From a virus (lineage: Duplodnaviria; Heunggongvirae; Uroviricota; Caudoviricetes): DNA of 64,000 nucleotides. A program made the position numbers and the translations under genes. Below, piece after piece: positions 49,941 through 63,068 of the stretch (position 1 is the first letter of the stretch; the number at the start of each line of letters is the position of its first letter). The stretch lies in IMG/VR virus record IMGVR_UViG_3300028833_000069; one strand, given 5' to 3'. Below the pieces are notes generated by a model. That model was given only the letters and a program-made list of their open reading frames with translations. It was not told the origin of the DNA and ran no database searches.

Positions 49941-52900
49941 TTAACACTCTTTTCTTGTTATTTCATTTCCTAAATCACTTAGGTCACTAAGTACAGATGA
50001 AGGATGTGAACTATCACTGTTCATAATATCTTCTAACAGGAATTGAAGTTCTACACTTTCAGATTCCCAAATAGAATGATGTACTCCATCTACTTCCCAA
50101 GTAATGTCTTGTGGTTTTAAATCTGAAGGAGTACCAAGTGATTGATATACTTCTGCAACATCTGTTCTTTTCTTGAAGTCTCTTAATGTTAAAGGACTAT
50201 CAATATATATTCTGTGATAAGCTGGATCTCCAACAACTCTATATTCATAAAGTTCTAGAGGTTGTACTCTATCTAGACTAATTTTAGGACCTTTTAACAG
50301 ATTACCATCATCAAGACTTCTTAAAGCTCTTTGCAAACCGAATGGGTTTATCTTCATAGAACCTTCATCTTCTGCATTCCAATCATACATATCTTCAGCA
50401 AGTCCTTCTAATGAATAATTGACAATTAAGTATGCTTGTACAAGTCTTTCTGTTAAATCTACATTAGGAGTTTCTCTATTGTTCCAGTCTTCTAACCAAT
50501 CTAATTCATATCCTAGATTTTCTACCCACTGAGTTGCTCTATTGATTAAATCAGTGTATAAATAAGATTCATCACCTAATCTATAAAGTTGCATTACATT
50601 AGAAGAAGGATTAACAATACCTCCAACACCAGAATATTTTCTCTTTAATGCTAATCTATTCAAATCAGAAAGAATGTTAGCTGCTAAAAGTTTAAAGAAG
50701 TTGTTATTAGAGAATGGTAAAATAATATCAGTTCCTTGTGCAACTTCTTTCATCTTATTGATAATACTTTCAGCAATACTAATACTCTTTGAAGTTCTCA
50801 AGTCTTTCTCAATTTGTCTAGAAATTTGTTCTGCAAACTTTGTATTCTTTAACTCTTTAAAGTCTTCAAAAACATCAGTTATTCTTTCAAGATTACTTCT
50901 AATAATAGCAGCAATCTGATCATATGTAATCTGAGCTTGTGAAATTGCATTACCATTAGATGCAAGTGCTGACATTGTTTGTGTTGTCTCAGACATTTCA
51001 GACATATCAGATTCATGATTAGCATCTAATTGAATACCAAAGTTTGAAGTATCAACTTCAGACCAATCAAGGTCTACATCATTTGTAAACCACTTATCAG
51101 TATTGTTTACATTTGTAGCACCTCTCTTTACACCAGACTTGTTTGCAAGTATAGCAATAAAGTAATTTCTTAAAGGTTGATGAACATTATCTTGAGTAAT
51201 AAGAGTATCATCTTCACTGAGGTCATTAGAACCTGTGTTGATTACATATTCTGTTAAAATATCAAGACTTTGTTCAGAGTTCTGTAAAATACCGTTAACA
51301 AGTTCTTTAGAGTTATAACCTCCAAGCACTTTCCACAGTCTATACAGATTATCTATTCTAACTTCTTTAGTTCTTACATCAGGAGTACCATTTTCATCTA
51401 CAAGTCTGTTACCATTTCTATCAACTCTACTAGTTGTTACTTCATAGAGGAATTCTCCTACTTTCTTAATATCAAGTAATCTATAGAAATGTGGGCCTTC
51501 TTGATAAAAGACTGCTTTACCTTTTGACATTGCTTCAACAGTATTAACAATTCTTTTACTTTCAGTACTAAAGATGTTTCTGGTAATATCAATATCATCT
51601 CCCCAAGTTAAACCTAAGAATTTCTTCATTAGTAAATCAAAGGAAATTTTTGTTGGGCTACCTGATGTAACTGCTACTGCATTTCTAATTTTTTCATTAG
51701 TAAGTGGAAACTCAGCCCACTTGTAAAGAGTAGCATAATTATCTCCTGTGTGCATACCAAGTGTCTTCTTAGTACCTTGTATACCTCTACCAGGAATTGA
51801 GTTATTTTCTAATCTTGATTGAATAGGACAAATGAAGCAGCTACCATCAAATATATCTTGACCAGACATTGCTCCATTAGGATTATATACTGGTTCAGAT
51901 AAGTCATCTATTACAGCTAACTTTATTGATGGAGATACTCCGTTGATTAACTTTTGTTGGAAGTTCTCAACAGTACCAGGGAATATAACCATTCTCTTTG
52001 TAGTTGCTCTAAACTTCTCATCAGCTTCTGCTACATCATCCTTATATTTACTCTTTACAACATCTATGAAAGGTTCTTTAGAAGTTAAGTCTAAGTAAGC
52101 TTGCTGAATGATGTTAGTTATTAAAAGATATTTAGCAATAAGACTAGAATCAATACTACTTGGAAAAGTAGAGAATTTATCCTTATTGTCTTTTATATAT
52201 CTTTTAGCATCTTCTGCGAAAGCTTCAAGTTTCTTGAGTCTTTCTCCCATTTTTGCTCTGAATGTATCAAAGCTTGAGATAGAAGCTAATTCAGCAGTAA
52301 TTAACTTATTTGCTTCAACACCTCTCTTTTTAGCATAACTATAATGCAACTCTTGTGTAAGTGTTACACCATTTTTAGGCATTGCTTGTAAAGAAGTAAT
52401 AGATGGGAACTTTAATTTTAACAGTTTATCAAGAGCATTCCAAGCATGTTGTAATTCTCTTGCATGTTCTTCTGTTAAATGTTGTTCTTGTAACATCTCA
52501 ACTACATTGTCAGGGTTAAGCATTATTACTTCTCCTTGGAAATAATCATTCCAGTCTTGAAGTACATTATCTACAAGATTAACATACATGTTCTTTCTGT
52601 AGAAATATGCTAATTCGAGGAGTTGAGGTGGGGTTAAATCCTGTAAAGGAGTAAACACTTGGTTACTTGTTTGAAGTTCCCAAGGATTGACAAGTACATC
52701 AGATTGTAAGTTAATAACCTTATCAATTACTGAAGACTTATCTGAAAACTCAGTTGGCTGTATTGCCATAACTCCTGTATTAGGATTATCATTATTACCA
52801 TAGAATAAAGATAAGAAATCACCAATAAAGGAAGACATAAAGCTTTCTTGAGTTGACATATGAGAAGCTGTCTTACTATCTTCTCTTGACCCTACATCAA

Positions 52901-54935
52901 GTTTAACAGCAGTAGAGCCTCTATAATTGTAATTAACAGAGTTCTTATGCTGACTTTTTGTGTCAAATGGATTTGCTAACCTTTGTGAGAAGAGATTGGG
53001 GTTAGCAGCTAGGAAATTAGTTAATCTTGCTTTCCAAGCACTGTGTAATTTCCTATATTTTTGTAAATAGAACAAATCATTAAATGCAGCAGAACTAATT
53101 CTGAAAACAGGAATAGAAGAACCTTCATAATTGTTAAAAGTAGTATAAGGTACATTATCTTCTTGTGCAGATAAAATTGAAGCCATCTTTTGGAAAGCGT
53201 CAATCTTTGCAATACCTGTCTTTCTATCTTCAACTACATCAAAGACTGCTTTATTTATTTGTTGTATCTGGCTGACTAAACCTTCTGCTTTAACATCTAA
53301 GTTATTATATGCTTGAGAAATAGTGTTAAACAGAAAGGCCATGTCTTTTATAAATTTCTCTGGTTGACCATACAATGCCACAATAACAGGGGTTAGTTCT
53401 TGTTGGAATACAGCTCTAAACATTTCTTTAAAGTCTTCATTTTCAAGAGCTGCTAACAATAAAGTCTTAGTTGTTCCTTGTGGATAAGCTAAATCATAAT
53501 ACTTTACTTTAATAGAGCTGTTTTCTCCTGTTTTAAGGATAATTCCATCTTTACTAAAGATTGAAGTATCACCACTTTCAGGAGCTGCTATTTTAGCTTG
53601 TGACATTGCACCTGCAAGTTGCTCAGATACCTTACCAGAAGATTTAGAACTTTGAGAATAGTTAACCTATGTTGCCATTGCATTCTCATCATACTGTAAA
53701 TATGTAGGAGCAGTGGTATTCTTTAAAGCATGTGTAAGTAAAGCCTCAATATCAATAATCTGTGATTTATTAACATTTAATGGCTTTCTTAATTCTGCTA
53801 AATATAAAGAAGCAACAGGATAATTCTCTGTATCTCCTTGATATAAAAATTTAATGAGTGGCATAAAGTCTCTCATATTCTCCTTAATTATATTAGGAGT
53901 ATCTTGAGCAGTAAGCAGAGTTCTAATTGCTTTGTTAGGATTTTGGTGCATTCCTTCAAAGTCAGGATGAGTAAGTGCATACTCATACTCTGCTTGTCTA
54001 AGTAATCCTGACAATCTAAACAAATCTGCTGTACTCATAAATTTACCTGGAGTATCAGCATATTCATTAGTCCCAGTTTTGTGTACTTTAGGTATTACAC
54101 TAATTATAAACTTAGCAAGTTTAGCTAAGTAATTTTCAGCATTAGTTTCCTCTAAATCATCACCTTGCCAATACAAAGTAGATTCAGAAGCTTCTATTCT
54201 AGAATAATCAGCATTTGTTACACTACCTTCAGCAGCACTGTCTATTTCTACAATTCCTTCAAACTCTTTACCAACTAAAGCATCAAAGTTATTCAGAATA
54301 AATAAAGCAGAAAAAGTATCAAAGTCTTTAATGTTTGTCAGGATATTTGCTGATGGTTTAAATACTGATATAAAGTTTTGAACTTGAGGACTATTCATAA
54401 ACTCCTGGTAAGCTTCAAAGTTAACAGTACCAGTTGTATTGAACATATTAGTTGTTGGCAGTCCTAAGTTTTGTGCAATGGTATTCATCAAGAAGTTCTT
54501 CAAGTTAGCTATACCATTGTTAAATTGAATACCATTTTTGATATAAACAGCCTTGGCACCTTTACTTCTATCCAGCAATGTATATTTAAACATCAGCTGT
54601 TGTAGTTTTTTCAGAGTATAGTTATAAGCATCAGAAGCATTTTGGAATAATTCCAGCATATTTCTAATATCATACTGCTGAATAACCAATTGAGGAGTGA
54701 GGTTTGGATTGATATTCCTATAATTAAAATTATAAGTTTCTAATCCCAACTCAGCAATCACTTCTCTAAAAACTTTGTCTCTATTTCTATCTGCAATAGA
54801 ATTATAAAGATTTTGTAATTCTTTTTCTACCTATTGAAAGGATTTTGTGTGTTCATTTAATCCAATAATAGTAGACCTAACCTCTTCAGTCAGGTCTACT
54901 ATTGTCGAATCAACTTTTCTACATTGATGTTTCAT
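49941..54935 (-). CDS. 1664-aa RNA polymerase beta-like subunit (TAG read-through)
   Basis: One frame from ATG 54935 through TAG at 54831 and 53667 to TAA 49941; DIFDGSCF, KKTLG, FGIQLDA, KRKYSG..V.P; adjacent to the DxDxD subunit. Confidence 0.72.
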
Positions 54936-54938
54936 ATA

Positions 54939-57900
54939 TTAACTACAATATATTTCCAAGTTATTGTCTGCATCAAAAATAGCTCTAAGATTTGGGTCTT
55001 GCTCACCTTCAAAGGTAAGAGCTAAGAAACCTTCATCTGTAATAGTAATGAATCTATTGATGTCAGTTACATCTGGAGCTATATCTTGCAAATGTTCAAC
55101 TAGTTTATCTAAGTTCTCAATCTTATTCATCAAGTAACCTTGATTAACCATATCTGTAAGACTAGTATCCAAGTTAAGTATTTCTTGAGCCATACTTTCA
55201 ATAGCTTCTCTATGACCAGATACTTCAGGTTGTTCAACAATCACTGGAGCAATTACTACTTGTTCTGTAGTACTTAAACCTTGAATTGGTTTACCAGTAG
55301 GGTCAAGTATTACAGCAGGAAGAGGATTACCTTCAGTTTCTTCCAAACCTTCTAACTTATCACCTTCTGTATCAGATACAATTACTTGTGGTTCTGGAGC
55401 AGGAGGTGTAGGTAATTCTTTAGTAGGCTCTTCAATTGTTGGTTGCTCTGAGTATTCATTTGTTACTATCTCAGATGGGAATTCCATTACTTGCTATCTT
55501 GCTTCAAGTGCAGAAAGGTTTAAACTAAAGTTAGGTGTTTCTACATAATAACCTCTTAATCCAAGATAGTTAAAGAACTCTGGATTAGATAAGTTAATAG
55601 GATAAGTACCTTTAACTTCATCTAGAGCTGCACCTTCAGGATAAATGTTAACTCTTACAGTATCATTGTCTAAATCAATTGGAGCAGGGAATACAGCAGA
55701 AGTGTTTTTAAATTCTCTAATATCAACATATTTAGTATTTGCAGAATCATAGAAAGTAAGTGTATCACCTTGTGTCTTAACAAAACTTCTTATGAACCAC
55801 AAACCAATGTTAGATGTTCCTTTTAAGAATTGCTCAACTGTATCTCTATTCATGTTAGCTCCCTTAGAAGCAACAAAACCTTCAAGTCTAGCAAGAGTAG
55901 TAGCAACTTTATCTGGATTACTTTGAGCATAATTTCTTATATGTGCAAGCAGCTAATCAAAATAGTTGTAAGCTTCATTATTGTCAAAAGCATTGACAGC
56001 ATCTAACAGTCTTAAAACTGTTTGTGTTTGGTCATATTCTGACATGAAGACACCTTTTCTCATCTTAATACTCTTATCAAGTATTCTTCTGATAGCATCT
56101 TCTAATCTAAACTTACCTCTATCTAAGATAATACAAGTTTGGTTAGCTGGATTATTATCATTGGTAAAACCAATAACTGCATAATAGTAACCTTTTACAA
56201 TAAGATTACCCTCATCATCAAGAAGATTACTATTTTCTCCAGCATGATACTGTTTGTAAAATTCTGCAAACTTGTACTTGTTATCTGCATTTTTTGCATC
56301 TGTTATAAGACCAATCTCTTTAATTACTATACCAGAATCAATCATTCTTTGTAAAGAAGAGAACTCTTGAGCATCAGAAGCTTTCACTACTCTAAGAGGA
56401 GTACCTTGTTCAAATTGTTCAGTTGTCCAGATTATAGGTGTATCACTATCATTAACAGCTGCTTCCATTTCTTCAAGGACTGATGTGTCAATAGCATTTT
56501 CAGGATTTCTCTCATTGAAAGCTTCAATTGTAGAAATCTTTGGATAAGTACCAATAGTAATAAATCTGTTCAATTTACCATCTACTGAATATACTCTTCT
56601 ACCAAAGCTAAGCAATGGGTCTCCATCTGCTACCATTTTACTTTCATCAAACCCAAACTTGTATGCTGGAGCATCAATTTGAATGTTACTCTTATAACCC
56701 CAAGAATATTGTTGGTCTTCAACCTTAATGTTCTCCAGTATCCAGTTAACTGGGTCTGCAACAGTATTCAATTGTGGGAACACTGCTCTGAAGAAATCAA
56801 GGATTTTACCACTATCTAATCTGATGGCATTTTTATAGTCTTCAGAGTTAGAATTTGGGTACAAAGTTAATACTCTTTTGAAGGCAATAAAACCCTGAAC
56901 TATATTTTCTGGAATAACAGCTTCATTGTTAAATAGGCCATCTAAATCAACAGGGAAATACTGTCTTTCAGCTTGCTCTGACTCAGTAGCAGGAGTAAAC
57001 TCTCTACTTACTGGATTATAGTTTAAACCTAAATGATTATAGAAACTGTATCCATAATAGAATTGGTTTCCTTCAGCAGGATAAGAAGTTTCTTCTGCAA
57101 TGTTAGTTACAGAACTTCTATCCTCACCTTTATCTTCTGTAAATACTTCATCAATCTCTTCTTCTGATGTATTAGAAGTAGTTGTAGAAGTACTTGGAGA
57201 AGCAATAGAAGGCACATAATCACCAAGCAACTCATTGAGTTCATTCATTTTATCTTCTTTCAAAGTAGTAACACTAGAAGCAGCAGGGTCTCTATAATAG
57301 CTTGTATTAGCAGTTCTGTTAGGAACAATATGTAAGCTATCTCTAGTATCCTTACTCATTTTAATAATACCACCTGTCAAAGATCTAGTAATAAAAGTAT
57401 AGAACTTAACAAGATTATCTCCAGTAGAAGATGAGAGATTCAAATCATCAATAATGAAGTATTCTTCCTCAGCTCCTTGTACTGCATTTATTCCTAATTT
57501 CTCAGGACTATAAAGTACATAATCATCTGGAGATATACCAGCTTGATTAACAAGTGCTTGAAGTTCTGCTGGCATGTTACCAGAAGAATCAAGTGTTGTT
57601 AATATACCTAATTTCTTATCTCTATTTCTTGCTGCTTGAGCAAGTTTTCTAATATCAGCAGGAGTAATACTCTCAACAATCTTATCTCCATGTAAGTCTG
57701 TCTCATCTTCCCAATACTTAACAGTAAGAGGATTATTAGCAAGAGCTTTTTCAAGAGCAGCTGTAGCAGCATTTATACCTACAAGATTACCAGTAGTTTC
57801 ATAAATATCAGCAAGGATACTTCTTAAAGTATCAATGTTATCCTTCTTATTTATGTTAGTTGGTCTAATTGACTGAAGAAGTCTTGGACTAGACCATCTA

Positions 57901-60900
57901 AATACTTGATCAATATTATGAGGTGCAATACCAATATGAGCACCATCTTGTAAAGTATCACCAAAAGTGAAAATCTTTAGACCATACTTTTCAGCAATAT
58001 AACTCAGTACTTGTAATTCAGCAGAAGTAAAGTGAGTTACCTCATCAATAAGAATTGTCTTAGGAACACTTAATATCTCATTTGTACTTCTATAGAACTC
58101 ATCATTATTTGCATCAAAGTTCCAAATATGAGAACCATCTCTAGTTTCAATTTGAGTAAGTAAAGAATCTGCACTTGTTGGGTCTTGCAAAGATTGCATT
58201 AACTTACTGTATGCTTCATCAGTTAAGAACTTTCTTAACAATTCTTCTTTATTAGCAACATTAAGCAGTCTTACTTTGTGCTCACTAATGTTAGTTGTAA
58301 CACTAGAGTGAAGTCTTTGTGCTTGATTAGTGTTAGGAGCTACAATAGAAGTTCTTTCTGTGTTAATCATTGCTAAAATGTTTCTAGCTACAACAGAAGT
58401 CTTTCCTGCACCACTAACACCATTTAAGAAGAATATGTTCTTAGTCTTTAAGATAGAATAGTCACTATCATACAGCCAATCAATAACTGCATTGTGTAAT
58501 CCTATCTTATCTGCATACATGGAATAAGCAACTTTAGTAGCATGTTCTTGAGAGAAGTAAGGAACTTTATCAAAATCACTACCAATGATTTCTCTATATT
58601 TAAATAAGAAATCTCTTGGATCAATTGCAAGGATAGTAGTCAAGTATACAAGATAGTCATACTCTGAAAGAGCTTGCATATCTTTATGTAATCCTGCACT
58701 AAATAATCCTTTTTCAAGAATCTCTTCTCTACTAATTTCTAAGTTATCAAATAACTTTGCAATGTTACTTGCTACAAAGTCAGGTGTGAGAGATATTTCT
58801 CTAAACTTGTTAGACATATACTGCTCAATGAAAGCAAGTTGTCTATCAGGAGTTGTATATTGGTCTATTTGGTCCTGTGGAGGATAAATAGAAATATCAC
58901 CAATTTTTAACTTACTTGCATCAGCTTGCAGTTTAGCTAACACAATTTTAGTATATTGTTTCTTGATATTCTTGTCTTCCTCTAACTTATTAACCGTATT
59001 AGTCTCATTAAGTGTTCTAAGGAATTCAAGTTTATCTACAATAGCATCAATATCTTGCATAAGTATAGCAGCATTTTCAGAAGAAATAGTTTCATACTTT
59101 TCTGCATTTGGTTTACCATACTTTTCAAGATATGCCCTAATTTGAGCATTGTAACCAAACAAATGACCTGTATAAGAGATTGGTGTACCATCCATACCTG
59201 CTACAAGAGCTTTCATAGTATTCAGAACTCTTTGAGCATTGTCAAGTTGTTCTGCAATATCAGGAGCTCTAAGATAGTCTTCAATAGAAGAAATACCAGA
59301 TAAGTATGTAGACTCATTCTCTAACAGATTAAAGATACTTACAGCATTTCCATCATTAAGTTGAAAATCTAAGTCTCTTAATCTATCATATAAAGGATTT
59401 GTCTTAATCTCTTTAGTAATTGTAAGGTTATATTTTTCTGTCAAGGGAGAAGTAATGATAGCACTAACTTTGTTTACAAAATCTTCTTTAAAATTAGGAA
59501 TATTATGTATTACAGCTTTTGCTTGTTCATCTTCACCATTTTCTATATCAGAAATTACTTTATCAGCAAATTCTTGAATGATTGTAGCAAGAGGTTGTTT
59601 ACTATCAAGACCTCTTACTAAGATACTATCAAAGTTATCTAAGTCTTGACTAGTTAAAGACCAATATACCATTTCTCCATCAGGAGTAGGAGCATAATAG
59701 CTTAATCTACTTTGAAGAATAGGATATTTATTCTTTATACTATTATAAACAAGTGTTTTAAGAATCTTGAAAAGTTCATTATCAATTATTTGATTTGTTT
59801 CAAAGTACTGATTAAATACAGTGTCTTCAAGATTATAATCTCTTGCTTTTATAGAATTTAAGATGTTACCAAATAAAGTTTCTTTTGCAGTATCAACACT
59901 TGTCTCATCTACAGTCATTTCTGTACCTATTACTTGTGATAGGTATTTGGAGAGGCCTTCGGTGAGAGTGGGGTTATTAACTGTATACTGGTCAACTAAA
60001 GCATCTGTATAAGGTTTAAGAGAATTAGCAATGAAAGCTGCTACCACATCTCCTGTTACATTGTTAGCAGGCACAGATGATAGCCATTCAGCAACTCTCT
60101 GATTTAAATTTTGTCTTAATACAGATTCCTCTACACCAGACACTCTTGATACTTCAGCAATTAGTGAGTTATCTCCTAAAGCAGTATTTACAAATTCTTC
60201 ACTTACTTTTACAGGGTCTGCTCTAAAGATGTCACCAAGAGTAACTCCAGGTAAACCACTTTGTGAAAGCACACTGGAAAGTTTAGTTAGGATTGTCCTA
60301 TATGCTCCATCTCTTAATAGATTTGCATAATTACCTCTACTTCCAGAAAGGATTGTAGTTAATACAGACTTTCTTAAATCAGCATAATTCTCAACATAAT
60401 CTTTAATTGCAGTTGAGAATGTTTGCTCAAGATTGTCATAAGCATTCTGTAAAATCCACATAAACTTAGTATCTACATTTTCATTGTCTCTCCATTGCTC
60501 ATATTCTGTCTTAACAGTATTTTGAGTAACAGTAGCACCTTCAGTAGGAAGACTCTTATAGTCTACACCATATTTAGCTTTAGTGTAACTATATAAGTCC
60601 ATAGTTACTAAGTTGTTTCTAATTTCTGGAATAAGATAGCCAAGTGTGTACTTTAAGTATTTCTCATAGTTCTCACCATTAAGAAACTCTTTGATAGCCT
60701 TTAATTCTTCATTGTACTTTTGTTGTACATTATTTGCCTCACCTTCAGGTGCACTATTTAATTGACTTCTTAAATCTACAAGATTTGCAACATGCTTGTT
60801 GTAATCAGAGATAACTAACTTGTGTATGTTACTATTTTCAATAAGAGGAATAATCTGAGCATCCCTAACCACTTTCTTGAGAAGCTCTTGGTCATTGTTC

Positions 60901-63068
60901 TTAATATCCTCTGTATTGATAACAGAATCAATGTATCTAAGATATTCTATCAAACCTTGTACTACATAGTCACCTCTTGTTTTAGAACCATTCTCAGCAA
61001 CAGGAGTAGCCTGTCCATCTACAACAGTAGGTAATGATACAATATCACTATCATACTTAGCCATGCTCTTTGCTACTTCAATCAACTCATTAAGTCTACC
61101 ATTAGCAATTTCATGGATAAGTGAATATTGAGTAGGAGGAGTTACTTGTTTGTTTGTTAACCAAGGCTCCACCCTAGTATTTTGAAACTCAAAGAGAGCA
61201 CCACCTAAGAAGCCACCAAGAGCTGACATTAAATATCTTTGTGCTCCTTGCTCAGAGAAGACATTAGACCAACCACCAAAGGAACCTTTGTTGTCACCTA
61301 ATCCCATCCAACTCAAGAAGTCAAACATACCTTTAGTAACATCCATTGTAGCTTCTTCAGTTACTTCTTCAATGGATTCTGCAACAGCATTTCTCCAGAA
61401 AGGTTCTGTACCATCAAATGTTCTTTCAAAAGTCTTATGAATACTATTTCTAGTCTTCTTAGCAAGTTCTGCAAACTTGCTTAACTTTCCAGTAGCATCT
61501 GGTTTAGTAGCCATTTGATCAATACTTGCTGCAATTTCATTGTAGTAAGGTCCGAGTGCTTTCTTTAAAGAGGCTTTGTTAATACTTCTCCAGTAGCCTT
61601 CATCCTGACCTAAGAACCAAGAAGACACTCTATCATCAATAGCAGTCATGGCTAAATACTGTCCAAGTGTTGCTAACAATGCAGCAGCACCAGCAGTTCT
61701 TCTATCATAACCACCTTGTAAAGCATCTTGGTAAACATCATTAGAAGAGATGAGAGCCATATAACCAAGAGATAAACCTCTAGCTAACTTACTTTGACTT
61801 TCCATCAAAGCTCTGATTTCAGGAGAAGCATTAACCATTCCTTGCCATACTTTAGCAGGTTCAATAGCAATACCTTGAGCCTCCATACCTCTAAGAGTAT
61901 TCATATACTGATTAGAGAATTTCTGAAGTGCTTGTTTTTCTGCTTTAGTATAAGACATGCTTGAGAGTTTGCTTAAAGAAGCAGCAGCTTTCATTTGGTA
62001 TAACTGACCAAATACATCAGATACCATATCTGCTACTTTCTCATAAGATAAGAAAGACTCATTAGCAGCCTCAGAATAAGAAGGATTAAACTTTGCAGCA
62101 TAGCCTTCCCATTTTGTCATTGTCTTACCAAAAGCAGAATCATTACTATTGGTTAACAAGCCATCTAACATTTTACCAAAAGTAGGTAATACTTGTGCTA
62201 AAGATAAGGCAGCTGTAACACCACCATAGTAAATGTTAAAGTACGGGATCATGTAAGGAGCTATCTCAAAGATAGCCTTCATTGTTGTTCCTGCAACACT
62301 CTTATCAAGACCATCAGAATCAAAGAAGTCAACTTTGTTCAACCAAGAATCTTCCTTAGTCAGAATATCAGAATAAGCTACTGGTTGTTTGCCATAGATT
62401 TCTCTATTACCAATAGTCTCACAATAATACTGACCTTTATCATTCAGTTTTGGTTGTCCTTTCTTATGTTGAACTTCTCTACCAATCTTATCATCAAAAT
62501 GAGTGCCATCTTCATCCCAAGTAGCATACACAAGAGTAGGTCTACCTAAGTATTTCAAACCTAAGAAACCTTGTTCTTCTGCTGTGTAGTCTAACTCTTC
62601 TCCTGTCTCATAATCAACTACTTTTGATTGTTGAGCAAGTTCTCTCCAGCTCTTAGTTTGGTCTCCCTCACCAAAGAGATGTTTAACACCTCTACTAGTT
62701 CTGAGAGGATTTTCTATCTGCTGAATAGAATAGGTAGGTTTAACTTTTTGAGCATCTATTGGAGCATAAATATCTCTAGGATTGTACTTAGCATATTTAC
62801 CAAGTTCCTTTGCAGACTTTACTGCTGCCATTTGGTCATACATTTCAGATGCATACCTATAAGTATCCTCAAAAAGTTTTTCATTAAACCCACCATCTCC
62901 CATCTTAAAGGCTTCCTGAACAAATTGTGAGTTCTTATATACATCTGGTGCTAAGAGCCCTGTATTCTCAGTATTCAAGCCATTAAATATCAGAGTGCTG
63001 ACATTTGCAGTAGGATTGATTATTGCAGATACAAATATGTCATTAGGTTTTCTAATATCCTGTGTCAT
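54939..63068 (-). CDS. 2709-aa virion cargo-like protein with hydrophobic helices and an SF1 helicase-like domain (TAG read-through)
   Basis: In-frame TAG at 55953 and 55494; ends TAA; NGVSGAGKT, ILIDE, FGDTLQ, VQGAE, YTFITRS. Confidence 0.85.

Noticed and set aside
36204-63068. Late ORF fragments as pseudogenes, frameshifts or sequencing errors
   Set aside because: Every break is an in-frame TAG with stop-free continuation into the next fragment; no frame changes are needed
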